Below the pieces are notes generated by a model. The model made no database searches and had not been told where the DNA came from. It worked only from the letters and a program-made list of their open reading frames with translations. This document shows positions 1 to 10,533 of a stretch of 64,000 nucleotides of DNA, one piece after another; the stretch's first letter is position 1; every line of letters begins with the position of its first letter. Origin of the DNA: an uncultured Verrucomicrobiae bacterium (lineage in GTDB: Bacteria > Verrucomicrobiota > Verrucomicrobiia > Chthoniobacterales > UBA10450); the NCBI GenBank assembly GCA_963735805.1, contig CAVTMK010000001.1, positions 96,001 to 160,000 of the forward strand, written 5' to 3'. Made by a program: the position numbers and the translations under genes.

Positions 1-888
1 GGCGCGCTGCTCGTTTTACTGCCGGATGACAAATTTCGCATCTCATGCACACAAGCTGGACCGAACAATCGCTTCGCACAGTTTCTATCGATGGACATCA
101 CTCCCACGAGCTTCGAGTCGGAGATCGCGCCGGCACGAACGTTTGTTTACTACGAGGATGTTCAGCGACTCATGGAGAAGAACCTGATCAAGGGCGGTAG
201 CCTCGAAAACGCGATTGTCGTGCGCGGCGAGGCGGTCTTAAGCAAGGAACCATTGCGTTTCCCGGACGAGTTCGTACGGCACAAGATCCTCGATATTATC
301 GGTGATCTCGCGCTAGTCGGCCGGCGTATCCGCGGTCACGTCGTGGCAGTGAAGCCCGGACATGCTGCGAATGCGGAATTAGCTCGCTCGCTCGCTCGCG
401 AGCAGACGCGGAGAAGCGCGATGAGCACACCGCGGGCGATCCCAATAGGCGATTCCGGTCTGGACACTGGCGAAGTGATGAAGATCCTTCCGCACCGCTA
501 CCCTTTTTTGATGGTTGACCGGGTCATCGGTTTCGAGGGCGAAAATAAAATTACGGCAATAAAATCCATCACGATTAATGAACCGTTTTTCCAAGGGCAT
601 TTTCCCGGTCACCCAGTCATGCCTGGAGTAATGCAAGTAGAAGCGATGGCGCAAGTGGCCAGTATTCTGTTGTTCAAACTGACGAACACTTCGAGTCGTG
701 TCGGCTATTTCATGAGTGCGGACCAGGTGAAATTCCGCAAACCGGTTTTTCCGGGCGACACGATCTTCATTCACGCCGAGCTGACGAGAGCGCGTGGCAA
801 TCGCATGGCGAAAACGAAGTGCTACTGCGTAGTGAACGACGCAATCGTTTCAGAAGCTGAACTGATGTTCACGTTCCTCGACAAATGA
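1..888 (+). CDS. lpxC-fabZ: Bifunctional LpxC-FabZ (UDP-3-O-acyl-GlcNAc deacetylase / 3-hydroxyacyl-ACP dehydratase), 5'-truncated by the window edge
   Basis: Frame is open from base 1. LpxC motifs EIAPARTF and RHKILDIIGDL are followed by FabZ motifs LPHRYPFLMVD and FQGHFPGHPVMPGV. Confidence 0.95.
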   Translation, partial: GALLVLLPDDKFRISCTQAGPNNRFAQFLSMDITPTSFESEIAPARTFVYYEDVQRLMEKNLIKGGSLENAIVVRGEAVLSKEPLRFPDEFVRHKILDIIGDLALVGRRIRGHVVAVKPGHAANAELARSLAREQTRRSAMSTPRAIPIGDSGLDTGEVMKILPHRYPFLMVDRVIGFEGENKITAIKSITINEPFFQGHFPGHPVMPGVMQVEAMAQVASILLFKLTNTSSRVGYFMSADQVKFRKPVFPGDTIFIHAELTRARGNRMAKTKCYCVVNDAIVSEAELMFTFLDK

Positions 889-1664
889 GCGACGGGCGGA
901 TTCATCCGACCGCGATTATCGATCCAGGCGCCGAAATCGGTGCGGGAACGATCATAGGGCCCTACTGCGTTATTGAGCGCGACGTTGTGCTTGGCTCAAA
1001 CTGTTGGCTTCAACATCACGTCACGCTCTGCGGACCAATGAAAGCCGGAGCAAAGAACAGGTTCTACGCGTACTGCTCCATCGGCCAGCAAACGCAGGAT
1101 CTGAAATATCGCGGCGAACCGACTTATTTGGAAATCGGTGACGAGAATACTTTTCGCGAATTTGTCACCGCTAATCGCAGCACGACAAGCGAAGGCAAGA
1201 CGCGGATTGGAGATCGCGGAAATTTTCTCGCTTACAGTCACATCGGACACGACTGCACCGTGGGCGATGCTGTCATCTTCTCTAACAACGGTACCTTGGG
1301 AGGCCACGTGCAGGTTGGAGATCATGCCATCATGGGGGGACTCACGGCCGTGCACCAATTCTGCCGGATCGGACGGTTGGCGATCACGGGCGGCTGCTCG
1401 AAAATCGTCCAGGACGTTCCTCCGTTTATGATCGCCGACGGCAACCCAGCGGAAATTCGCGGGGTTAATCTAATCGGCTTGGAACGCAGAAATTTTTCGC
1501 CTGAAGGCGTAAAGCTAATCAAAGAAGCTTTCCGCTTGATTTACCGCTCGAAATACAACACCCGGCAGGCAATTGAAGCGATGCAGAAAGAATTGCCTCA
1601 AACCGAGGAGATCAGCGAAATCATCCAGTTTATTGAACAAAGCGAACGCGGAATTATTCGATAA
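885..1664 (+). CDS. lpxA: Acyl-ACP--UDP-N-acetylglucosamine O-acyltransferase
   Basis: IHPTAIID start, hexapeptide repeats, QDLKYRGE, HIGHDC, HQFCRIG and C-terminal RGIIR; ATGA overlap with fabZ. Confidence 0.97.
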   Translation: MSDGRIHPTAIIDPGAEIGAGTIIGPYCVIERDVVLGSNCWLQHHVTLCGPMKAGAKNRFYAYCSIGQQTQDLKYRGEPTYLEIGDENTFREFVTANRSTTSEGKTRIGDRGNFLAYSHIGHDCTVGDAVIFSNNGTLGGHVQVGDHAIMGGLTAVHQFCRIGRLAITGGCSKIVQDVPPFMIADGNPAEIRGVNLIGLERRNFSPEGVKLIKEAFRLIYRSKYNTRQAIEAMQKELPQTEEISEIIQFIEQSERGIIR

Positions 1665-1690
1665 CATATCTCTGTTGACTGGCAGCACCC

Positions 1691-2320
1691 ATGTCCCATT
1701 TAGACGAAACGCAAAACTGGCGACAACGTCTTGGTTGGTTGGGAGGCGAACTCTTAGTTGTATTTGTTGCTGTAAGCGCGGCCTTCGTGGTTGAGAACCA
1801 CCGCGATAACAGGAAGCAGATTGGCGAGATGCAACAGGCCATCGCCGGGATTATTACAGAATTGGCGAGCACGGAAACTAAGGCCCGCAGCTATTCAGAC
1901 GCAATTTTGGCGGACATTGCCCGCTGGGAAGCTGCTGATCGTACCGGTAGACGGGCTGTTCCGGGTTATTATAGAATTCCTGGTGCGCCAAACCCGCCAT
2001 CAACAGAATGGACTAGTGCGGTTGTATCTGGCATAGCTCGTATGCTCGAACCCAGCCTGCGCTGGGACCTCGGCTATTTTTATAGCGAATTCGTCGGCAT
2101 TCATGACAACTACGTCCGATACAACGAATTCACCGAACGTGAGCTATTGCCGACTGCGCTCTTAGGGCCGGATGCGTTCTACGGACAGGACGGACGTCTG
2201 CTCCCTTCTTTCCGCGTTCACATGGAATTGCAAAAAGAGTTTGCGGGAGATCTGTTGAGGTTAAGCAGCATGGCGCGCGATCTTCGGAGTCGACTCGAAG
2301 CCGTTCAATTCTCCAAGTAG
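1691..2320 (+). CDS. Hypothetical protein with N-terminal membrane anchor
   Basis: 209-aa ORF filling the lpxA-recN gap; hydrophobic ELLVVFVAVSAAFVV segment. Confidence 0.7.
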   Translation: MSHLDETQNWRQRLGWLGGELLVVFVAVSAAFVVENHRDNRKQIGEMQQAIAGIITELASTETKARSYSDAILADIARWEAADRTGRRAVPGYYRIPGAPNPPSTEWTSAVVSGIARMLEPSLRWDLGYFYSEFVGIHDNYVRYNEFTERELLPTALLGPDAFYGQDGRLLPSFRVHMELQKEFAGDLLRLSSMARDLRSRLEAVQFSK

Positions 2321-2371
2321 AATTGTAAGTCACCCCAAAACAGCCCTGCACCAGGAACTCTCAACTTCCCA

Positions 2372-4039
2372 ATGCCCGCCGTTCTTACTCTGCTGCGAAT
2401 CAAAAATCTGGCGCTTGTGGAAGAGCTCGAGTGGCAGATCGGACCGAAGTTCATCGCTGTCACGGGCGAGACTGGAGCGGGTAAATCGATCATCATCGGA
2501 GCTCTGCAACTTTTGCTCGGCGAACGCGCGGATAAATCGCTCATTCGTACCGGAGCGGATCTTTGCACGGTAGAAGCCGTTTTTAGCGGGAATGACTTGC
2601 AGAAATTAAATCCGCGGTTACTCGAATCCGGAGTCGAACCTTGCGAAAACGATCTCATCCTGAAACGAACTCTCTCTTCCACTGGAACGAATCGGCAGTT
2701 CATCAACGGTTCCCCAACTACGTTGTCAGTCCTAAAAAATCTAGGTGACCAACTTGTCGACCTTCACGGGCCACACGATCACCAATCTCTTCTCTCCCCG
2801 GAGACACAATTGAGCTTGCTTGACTCGTTTTCGCGAGCCGAAGAGGCGCTGGAGGAATATCGGAAGCATTACCGCCAATTGCAGAGATTGCTCGCCGAAC
2901 ATGCCGCACTCAACACGGCAGAGACGGCGCGTGAACAGGAACTGGACCTCCTTCGCCATCAGGTTAGCGAAATCAGCTCTTCGAACCTGGTCACGGACGA
3001 ACAAGAAGAAATTGAGAGCCGCTACAAACTGGCCAGCAACAGCAAGCGACTGATCGAGCTCGCCAGTACGATCAGTAACAAACTTTCCGAGGCGGACGGT
3101 TCTGTTCTATCACAACTCGCGGAAACACAGCGGCTGTTACGTGAATTGGAAAAGGTTGACAGCTCGATCGCACAATTTTCTTCGGCGCACGCCGCAAGCG
3201 TGGTTGAACTGTCGGAGATTGCGCGCGCCCTGTCCGCTTACGCAGAAAAACTCGATCTCGATCCACAGCAACTCGCCGCGCTCGAGCAACGCGTCTCGCT
3301 ATTCGAAACTTTGAAACGAAAATATGGCGGCTCAATTGCCGAGGTGATCGCGTTTGGTGAACGCGCAGCAGAGCGGATGCAGAAAATCGAAGGACGCGAC
3401 GCCGAGTTGGAGCGCCTCGCAAAAGAAATTGAAAATGTTCGAACGCATATGAATCGCGCCGGCGAAGTGCTTTGCAAACTACGCAAAAAAGCTGCCCCAA
3501 AGCTTTCTGAGAACATCCGGCGCAATTTGCGCGATCTCGGATTCAAGCAATCAGAGTTCGAAGCAAAGCTTACAAGGCTCGAAGAACCGCGCTCGAATGG
3601 ATTCGATGCGGTGGAATTGCTCTTCTCACCAAATCCAGGCGAACCGCTTAAACCGCTTCGCAGCATCGCGTCGAGCGGCGAAATCTCGAGGCTCATGTTG
3701 GCAATCAAATCGGTGCTAGCTGCGCACGACGCCATTCCATTGCTCGTATTCGATGAGATCGATACGAACGTAGGCGGCGAAATCGCGCGTGCAGTCGGTG
3801 CAAAAATGCGAACCTTGGGACGCGATCATCAGGTGATCTGCATCACGCACCTCCCACAAGTCGCCGCGACCGCTTCTTCGCATTTCGTTGTGACCAAGGA
3901 TGTAACGCGCGGCCGGACGTTTTCGAATTTGCGTCAGGTGACTGGAAAGGCTCGCCAGGAAGAGATCGCCCGAATGCTCGGGGGCACAAGTGAATCGGCG
4001 CTACAGCTCGCCGCGAGTTTACTTGGTAGGGGCGATTGA
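2372..4039 (+). CDS. recN: DNA repair protein RecN
   Basis: TGETGAGKS Walker A, HGPHDHQSL, ASSGEISRLML signature, FDEIDTNVGG, ITHLPQVAA, EEIARMLGG. Confidence 0.97.
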   Translation: MPAVLTLLRIKNLALVEELEWQIGPKFIAVTGETGAGKSIIIGALQLLLGERADKSLIRTGADLCTVEAVFSGNDLQKLNPRLLESGVEPCENDLILKRTLSSTGTNRQFINGSPTTLSVLKNLGDQLVDLHGPHDHQSLLSPETQLSLLDSFSRAEEALEEYRKHYRQLQRLLAEHAALNTAETAREQELDLLRHQVSEISSSNLVTDEQEEIESRYKLASNSKRLIELASTISNKLSEADGSVLSQLAETQRLLRELEKVDSSIAQFSSAHAASVVELSEIARALSAYAEKLDLDPQQLAALEQRVSLFETLKRKYGGSIAEVIAFGERAAERMQKIEGRDAELERLAKEIENVRTHMNRAGEVLCKLRKKAAPKLSENIRRNLRDLGFKQSEFEAKLTRLEEPRSNGFDAVELLFSPNPGEPLKPLRSIASSGEISRLMLAIKSVLAAHDAIPLLVFDEIDTNVGGEIARAVGAKMRTLGRDHQVICITHLPQVAATASSHFVVTKDVTRGRTFSNLRQVTGKARQEEIARMLGGTSESALQLAASLLGRGD

Positions 4040-4128
4040 CTCAATCCGCGAACTAAGTGGCAGCCGTGTCGGCTGCAAACGCATTGATTATCGCGGTCAC
4101 GTGTGCTGCTACCATCGATGGACTGCGA

Positions 4129-4719
4129 TCATTTCATTACGGTGCCAAGCGGGAGAACCGTCTTACCGAAAATTTCATTCAGCACTTGCGCAAGTCCCGC
4201 ATAAATCGCGGAGAAACCGCAAAAGATTCCTTCGTATCCGGTGAAATGTTTGAAACCAGCACCGGCCCCAATGAAATCACCGATAGCTAGAAGAAAAAAC
4301 AGAATCGTGAGGGAGCCGAAGACCACTTGCCCGGCAACATGCAACCGCAATGTGCCGACAAACATGACTGCAGTAAACAAACCCCACATGGCAAGATATG
4401 CAGCCATGGCCGTTTCGTCGGAGGGCGCGGCCCAGCCTAATTTTGCCAGGATGATCAGGACTACGAGCGAGAACCAAAACAAGCCGTAAGAAAGAAACGC
4501 AGTCGTGGCAAATGTATTGCCCTTCTTCCACTCCATAATACCAGCGACGATTTGGGCGGCACCGCCATAGCAAATTCCCATCGCCAGAATCATGCTGTTT
4601 AATTCGTAGAAACCGGCGTTATGCAGGTTCAACAGCACGGTCGTCATACCAAAACCAAGCAGACCAAGCGGAGCTGGATTGCCTGTTGTATCTCTGAGCT
4701 GTGTAACAGATTCATTCAT
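4129..4719 (-). CDS. satP: Acetate/succinate uptake transporter (GPR1/FUN34/YaaH family)
   Basis: [23 protein letters not shown] signature; about six TM segments. Confidence 0.92.
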   Translation of the reverse strand: MNESVTQLRDTTGNPAPLGLLGFGMTTVLLNLHNAGFYELNSMILAMGICYGGAAQIVAGIMEWKKGNTFATTAFLSYGLFWFSLVVLIILAKLGWAAPSDETAMAAYLAMWGLFTAVMFVGTLRLHVAGQVVFGSLTILFFLLAIGDFIGAGAGFKHFTGYEGIFCGFSAIYAGLAQVLNEIFGKTVLPLGTVMK

Positions 4720-4850
4720 CGGGGCAATCAGTCTGTCGAAAGAGGCTTCTAGAACGCAATAACAATATCAACAGGCTCAAAAACCGGCGAACCCCTAACG
4801 ATTTAACTTGTCGGCGCACCAGCACCGAAATTATCGTCCAGTTCTCCAAT

Positions 4851-6032
4851 ATGATTCAGCGTGACTATCTCATCATCGGTGGTGGCATCGGCGGAGCGAG
4901 CGCCTGTGAAGGAGTTCGCCGTCACGACAAGCGTGGGAGCGTTACGCTCGTCGGGGCCGAAGTGTTTTCACCATACAAACGCTGGATCCTTTCCAAAGGC
5001 TTCTTGCGCGAAAAGGATCCACAGCCCAGAAAATTGCAGGAACCCAACGAACAGTGGTACGAAAAGCACAAGATCGAAACGCGATTTGGCACAATGGTGA
5101 CACAGTTCAACATCGACCGGCGTCTCGCCGTGCTTGCTAACGGCGAGAGTATTGAGTTCAACAAAGCGTGTCTGGCAATGGGCAGTCGTCCGCTGCGTCC
5201 ACCGGTAGCCGGAACCAGTCTCGGCAACGTGATCTACCTGCGAACAATTCGCGACGCTTTGGCTCTAAAAGAAATGGCCAGCGTGGAGAAAGGCGTCATG
5301 GTCGTCGGCGGCGGATTACTTGCATGCGAGGCGGCAGCCAGTTTGCGAATGATGAAACTGAAGGTCGGTCTCATGCATCGGGATTCCTATTTGTTGAACC
5401 GGTACTTGGATCCGGAGACCGGCACGTGGCTTACCGAGTATTTTGCTAAACACGGAGTGACTCTGTCGATGGGCGAAAGTCTCAATGGCTTTGAGGGCAA
5501 AACCGTCCTCCGCAATATCCAGACAAAAAGCGGCAATCGATTTCCTGTGGGTCTTGCAGTGGTCGCCTGTGGCGCAGAACCCAATCTCGATCTGGTCCGT
5601 AACACGCCGCTGGCCGGTCCGCACGGGTCGCCGGTCACCGAATATTTGGAGACAGAAGAAAAAGGGATCTTTGCCGTGGGCGACCTCGCTTTTTATCCGG
5701 ATCGGATAATGGGCGGGGTGCGCCGCCAGACACATTGGGAGAACGCGCGAAGCCAGGGTTTGGTCGCAGGCGCGAACATGACAGGCAAAAAACGCATCCG
5801 CTACGAGCAGGTTCCCTATTTTTGGACAGAGATGTTCGACTTACACATGGATTTCGTCGGGGATTTCAGTGTGTTGCCTACACGTATTCAACTTGTTGGC
5901 ACGTACGCGAAGAAGAAATTCACGGCGCGCTATTACCAGGGAGAAAAACTCCGGGCGATTCTGATGTGCCAGCAGCCTCCGCGCGATGTCGAATCTGCCA
6001 GGAGCCAGTTACGCCAGGCGCACGGAAAATAA
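4851..6032 (+). CDS. FAD/NAD(P)-dependent oxidoreductase, ferredoxin-reductase-like
   Basis: GGGIGG and GGGLLACE dinucleotide-binding motifs, IFAVGD, and PYFWT reductase C-terminal motif. Confidence 0.88.
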   Translation: MIQRDYLIIGGGIGGASACEGVRRHDKRGSVTLVGAEVFSPYKRWILSKGFLREKDPQPRKLQEPNEQWYEKHKIETRFGTMVTQFNIDRRLAVLANGESIEFNKACLAMGSRPLRPPVAGTSLGNVIYLRTIRDALALKEMASVEKGVMVVGGGLLACEAAASLRMMKLKVGLMHRDSYLLNRYLDPETGTWLTEYFAKHGVTLSMGESLNGFEGKTVLRNIQTKSGNRFPVGLAVVACGAEPNLDLVRNTPLAGPHGSPVTEYLETEEKGIFAVGDLAFYPDRIMGGVRRQTHWENARSQGLVAGANMTGKKRIRYEQVPYFWTEMFDLHMDFVGDFSVLPTRIQLVGTYAKKKFTARYYQGEKLRAILMCQQPPRDVESARSQLRQAHGK

Positions 6033-6165
6033 GCTGAAGCGGGCCTTTGTGAGAAGCAAACTCGGTGGCCGAGCTCAGCGCTGTCGGCTGCAAGGCCGGC
6101 GTGAAAACGGAGACTTCTGTCTCCTATCCGGCAGCTCATGCGAATGCGACCGCGAGAACCGATTC

Positions 6166-6684
6166 CTACTTTTTCGTCGATGGCTCGATCGGTTCTGTCA
6201 CCGATTGATCGCGTTCCCACCCTTCATTCTGCAACTTGATGCGCTCAATAGCGATCGCACTCGCGTTGGCGTCTAGATCCGGCAGGATTTCGTACTCTGA
6301 AACCCAGCAACGGTGGATTTTGTAGGCGAGAACGGGTTGTCCAGCCTCATTATAAAGTTCAAGGATGATGTCTTTGCGGAACTCTTTCAGCGAAACTTCC
6401 GCTCCGCGTCCGGCACCGAGGCTCCAGATTTTGCAGGCCCAGTTCTCAAACTCCGGATCGTAGGTGACACCGCGCTCCAGCGTGATCGGCGCGAACTCGG
6501 TCAGGCCAGGAGACTTGCGACTGCTCCCCGGTTCCCCTCCTTCGCGATGTTGAATGACTTCGGTCGTCCGCCTCAGTCCGCTGATCTTGCTGATGCCCGC
6601 AACATAACGGCCGTCCCATTTGATGCGAAACTTAAAGTTCTTGTAGGGATCGAAGCGCTTTGGATTAACAGTGAATTCAGCCAT
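6166..6684 (-). CDS. Contractile phage-tail tube protein (T4 gp19-like / eCIS Afp1-Afp5 type)
   Basis: RFDPYKNFKF, ISGL, HREGG, RKSPG, ITLERGVT, RKDIILELYNEAG, CWVSEY and LDANASAIAIE are typical of this tube family. Confidence 0.9.
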   Translation of the reverse strand: MAEFTVNPKRFDPYKNFKFRIKWDGRYVAGISKISGLRRTTEVIQHREGGEPGSSRKSPGLTEFAPITLERGVTYDPEFENWACKIWSLGAGRGAEVSLKEFRKDIILELYNEAGQPVLAYKIHRCWVSEYEILPDLDANASAIAIERIKLQNEGWERDQSVTEPIEPSTKK

Positions 6685-6697
6685 GCGGCGGAGGTGT

Positions 6698-8098
6698 TTA
6701 GCTCGCGTCTCGGGCGTACCAATCGACCTTGCGCGTCACGTACATGACAATGGCCAGCACAATGAATAGCGCGATTGCGCCCATGAGAAGTGCGTAGTCT
6801 TGCTGCCGTAAAGTGATGTAAAGAAATGTGTAAACACCAGCGAGACCTGCGCCAATCATCAGCGTGCGCGCGCCGCCGCCAAGAAAAAAACGGCAATACC
6901 ATGTGATCAATCCCGTCGATGCGACTGCGGCAACCAGGTAAGCCCAGCTAAATCCAATGAATTCCGAAATCGATAACAACAGCAGATAAAACAGGCAAAG
7001 CGCTGCGCCAACCATTAGATACTGGAAAGGATGAATCTTCTGTCGCGCTGTGACTTCAAAGAGAAAGAACGCGGTGAAAACAAGCACGAGAAAGAGCACG
7101 CCGTATTTGATCGAGCGTTCGACATAACGATATGCGTCCAGGATTGACAGGAACTGGGCTCCGAAAAGAGAATTCGACACCGACTGCGTGGTGAATCGCT
7201 CATTGCCGCTGCGGCTGGTCCACGATTGAGGATAATCGCGTCCGTAATACGAGACCTTCCATTTTGCATCGAATCCATCTGAACGCAGTGATCGTTCGGC
7301 CGGAAGAAACGCGCCGCGAAACCCCACATCCGACGAGTTTGATTTCAGCGTTGCTTCATTTTGCACGCCAAATGGCGCGAAGAAAATCCCTCCGCTGCCA
7401 TTGAAATCCAGCGGAATGGAAAATTTAATGTCGGCAGTAATTGGCTGGTCACCGCCGAGCAGTGCCGTCGCACCTGTGGTATATCCCGGAACTTGGGAGC
7501 CAGGTAGCATCGAATGCTTGGTGCCTCCCCAATCGAGCACAATTGCCTCCCGTGTTCCACGCAGATCGTTGATCGCGATGGTAACAAAGGCGTCCTTCCA
7601 TTGGACATCCTTCAGATCAATCTTGAGCGCGCCGAAGTCGGGCGGTGCAAACCTGCCGGACAAAGTCGTCTGAGCACGATAGACCACTGCATCGTAAATA
7701 CCACGATGCAGCTTCTGTGTTTCCCCATCGCCTGTAACATTCAGTGTTTCAGGCAGGAAATACGCGTTCGCCGCTCCAACCTCTTCCACTTCACGCCGCT
7801 CCATTTTTCCGTCAGGCGCCGGAACTTCCTTCACTGCCTTAAACTTATATTGATAAGGAACTCCAAGCACCGGGCCAATCAGATTTTGTTCGCTGCCCCA
7901 CGAGGAAGTGATGTCAGCGACGGCTTCATTGCGTCGCTGCAACCGCTCTCTCAAAACGCCGGTAATCATCGTTAGCGGGATCAAAAGTAATAGAACCAGT
8001 GCGCCGACCCCGAGCAGCTTGATAATAGTGCTGTGGCGCTTTCCAAAGGATGGCTGGGACACCGGCAGCGGAGGTGGTGGGGTCTGGGCCTCAGGCAT
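6698..8098 (-). CDS. creD: Inner membrane protein CreD
   Basis: SSWG..Q.LIGPVL, YFLPETL, HRGIY, ERSIKYGVLF, IHPFQYLMVGAALCLFYLLLLSISE, MYVTRKVDWY. Confidence 0.93.
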   Translation of the reverse strand: MPEAQTPPPPLPVSQPSFGKRHSTIIKLLGVGALVLLLLIPLTMITGVLRERLQRRNEAVADITSSWGSEQNLIGPVLGVPYQYKFKAVKEVPAPDGKMERREVEEVGAANAYFLPETLNVTGDGETQKLHRGIYDAVVYRAQTTLSGRFAPPDFGALKIDLKDVQWKDAFVTIAINDLRGTREAIVLDWGGTKHSMLPGSQVPGYTTGATALLGGDQPITADIKFSIPLDFNGSGGIFFAPFGVQNEATLKSNSSDVGFRGAFLPAERSLRSDGFDAKWKVSYYGRDYPQSWTSRSGNERFTTQSVSNSLFGAQFLSILDAYRYVERSIKYGVLFLVLVFTAFFLFEVTARQKIHPFQYLMVGAALCLFYLLLLSISEFIGFSWAYLVAAVASTGLITWYCRFFLGGGARTLMIGAGLAGVYTFLYITLRQQDYALLMGAIALFIVLAIVMYVTRKVDWYARDAS

Positions 8099-8202
8099 GC
8101 GGGCGATGTTGAATCAACAGGCCTTGTTAGGCAATAAACTTAATCGCCCATTGCTGTCTTTAACCGGACAGCAAAGCGAGATCTATCGTAACTCGGAATT
8201 CG

Positions 8203-8949
8203 TTAGGCTTGAGATCGCCATTGCCGGCGAATTCGCGCGGCTTCGCGCATGAAATTCGGATTTCGGATTGTTTTTGTCGGTTTCTGTTCGGTTGAATCGC
8301 TTCGCACAAAAAAGGACAAACAATCGATGAGGCGCCTGCCGCGCCAGTTAACCAGCTCCTGACTCACGCAATGCAGGCCGTGCTGTGCGCACAAGGCGCG
8401 AAACAGACTGGCGCTCATACTCGGGTTTCGATGATGCGCCCAATCGAGAATTTTCGCCTTGATCAACGGTTTTGTTAACCTCTTGGGTAATCGTTCACGC
8501 AGCGAGTTGGCGTATTCGCCGAAGTTGGAGTGATGAATAAAGCCTTTGCCGCCGATTTTTAGTTTAGCCACCAGTTCGCGTAGATACGCTTCCACTACAT
8601 CCCGGTTTGGATGCACAAATGAGTCGAAACTGAAAACGAAATCGACCGAGGCATCGGGAATCATAGACAGCGAACGGCCATCATTAAGGTAGCAACGCAC
8701 GTGCGACTCAGTAGCGAAACGCCGGCGGCATGCTTCGATGCATTCGCTGGACCGGTCAACAATCGACAGTTGCTGACAATAATCCTTGAGGTAGTTCGTC
8801 CATCTCCCGAACCCGGGCGCGATTTCCAAGATCGTGCCTGTCGGCAGACAATGCTCGATACGCGGCAATATGGCGCCGAACCATTGTGCCGCCGAAGTTC
8901 CCCACGGGGCGGACCATTCTTCGCCGGCATTTTTCCAATCGTATTTCAT
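8203..8949 (-). CDS. Class I SAM-dependent methyltransferase
   Basis: ILEIAPGFGRWT motif I and VDFVFSFDSFVH; ATG at 8949. Confidence 0.85.
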   Translation of the reverse strand: MKYDWKNAGEEWSAPWGTSAAQWFGAILPRIEHCLPTGTILEIAPGFGRWTNYLKDYCQQLSIVDRSSECIEACRRRFATESHVRCYLNDGRSLSMIPDASVDFVFSFDSFVHPNRDVVEAYLRELVAKLKIGGKGFIHHSNFGEYANSLRERLPKRLTKPLIKAKILDWAHHRNPSMSASLFRALCAQHGLHCVSQELVNWRGRRLIDCLSFFVRSDSTEQKPTKTIRNPNFMREAARIRRQWRSQA

Positions 8950-9005
8950 CAAGTGGCCCCTGCTCAGTCAAGAACAGGCATGATCATTGTTGTTTGAATT
9001 AAACC

Positions 9006-9050
9006 TGGCTGGGGGCCGGAATCGAACCGGCGACACGTGAATTTTCAGTC
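9006..9050 (-). repeat. Direct-repeat copy of the 3' 44 nt of tRNA-Phe (att-like site)
   Basis: tggctgggggccggaatcgaaccggcgacacgtgaattttcagtc matches 10534-10577 with one extra G and one substitution. Confidence 0.9.
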
Positions 9051-9100
9051 ATGTTTCTCACGATAAAAAGCTGTTCGCCTCAGCGTCTAGTATCAACCTA

Positions 9101-10264
9101 CTACGGCTGACCTGGAGGCAGGACTGATGGAACGAGAACAACACTATCCGTGTTCCTGCGTATTGCCGTGAATACGTACGTTTGTCCGTTCTGCACGTTC
9201 AGCACCGTCGACGTCGGCTGATAGTTTGGCACGGCCGACACGGTCAGCGTATGACGCCCCGCCGGTACGAACTCATCGTAGCGGCGTCCCTGCACAATGT
9301 TGGCGGCCGTTCTCCCATCGATCTTAAGGTTGAGAGCCAAGTTCCATCCAAAGTTCGGGGACCTCAAAACAATAAGACGTCCACCGGGCTGAGCGACGGG
9401 AGTTTCGGCGGAAGGGCCCGGCTCTGCTGGACTCGCGCCACTTGGAGGAGAAGATGCTTCCGGTGCAGTGGGAGTGGGAAGCGGCGGGACTTGGTCGATT
9501 TCATGTTCGCGCGGCTTCATGGCATACTTTTCAAAATCAGCAGCGGTTCCATATGGCGAAGTGTTTACCTCCCGCGATGAAGAATCCGGAGCCGTTGGCA
9601 TCGGCGCTGCGGCTGGAGTCGGCACCCCGAGTTTCAGTCGTCGATCGGCTAGCTCAAATGGCGCACCAGCCGAGGGGCCCATTTCCTGAAGTTTGCGCCA
9701 CACTTCATTCGCGCGGTTGTAAAGCTGCATGAGATCGTAAGTCTTCGCTAGTTCGGCGAGTACAGCGGCGTTATTCGGTTCGCTGTCTAACGCTTCCTGC
9801 AAGCGTTCGCTCGCGTTTGTCATGTCACCCCGATCGCGCAGCTCGATGCCTTCTCGCAGCAACTGATCTACCAGCGATGGACCGGATGCAGGAGTTTGAT
9901 CTACCAGCGGCGGCCAGAATAGAGGAGTCTGGGCCATTGCTTGAACCGAAGACTCCGTTAGCGTCAAAGGAGTAGGTGTTGGTGACGGAGAGGGGGTAGT
10001 CCGCGTCAGCTCGCTGTCCCAGCGCGACAGGCGAGCGGACATTGCATCCTTGTGCCACCCCGTCCACAAGCCCACCGCAAACACGAGAAGTATAATGGTC
10101 GCGGCTGCCAACCGTTTCTTGAGCAAATTGTTTTTGCTTAGCAAAAGCAACTTTGGGCGCCATCTTCTCCACAGCGGAACGATTAGAAGGACCCACGTGG
10201 CAATGGCAAGTGCTGCGACTGCCACATGGCTTACGAAGGGGTTCAATTCTCGAAAAAAACGCAT
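9101..10264 (-). CDS. Membrane-anchored TPR-containing protein with Pro-rich linkers and C-terminal beta-sandwich-like domain
   Basis: ATG at 10264 (MRFFRELNP); two N-terminal TM segments; TPR-like LQEALDSEPNNAAVLAELAKTY. Confidence 0.7.
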   Translation of the reverse strand: MRFFRELNPFVSHVAVAALAIATWVLLIVPLWRRWRPKLLLLSKNNLLKKRLAAATIILLVFAVGLWTGWHKDAMSARLSRWDSELTRTTPSPSPTPTPLTLTESSVQAMAQTPLFWPPLVDQTPASGPSLVDQLLREGIELRDRGDMTNASERLQEALDSEPNNAAVLAELAKTYDLMQLYNRANEVWRKLQEMGPSAGAPFELADRRLKLGVPTPAAAPMPTAPDSSSREVNTSPYGTAADFEKYAMKPREHEIDQVPPLPTPTAPEASSPPSGASPAEPGPSAETPVAQPGGRLIVLRSPNFGWNLALNLKIDGRTAANIVQGRRYDEFVPAGRHTLTVSAVPNYQPTSTVLNVQNGQTYVFTAIRRNTDSVVLVPSVLPPGQP

Positions 10265-10533
10265 AGGGATAACGCCTCGTTCCAGGGTGCTGGAATCGTA
10301 AGAAAATCGGATACCAATCGCAAGCACGCGCCAGGCTTTGCAAATCGTTTGTGCAATCAAAACGATTCTGGCGGGGCGATTCTGGGTGCTTGCGCGAGCG
10401 TGTCCAGAAAATTGCATGACACTGCATGACGTCGAAGCCCGTCCAAACCGTCATTTCTTTCATTTTTGGCTAATTCGAGGAGCGCCGAAAAAGGCGACTT
10501 TTCCCTCTCATTTTATCTATGAAAATGGAGGAC

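Noticed and set aside
6166..6684. Prophage call based on the tail tube gene
   Set aside because: No integrase, capsid, terminase or other phage genes nearby.
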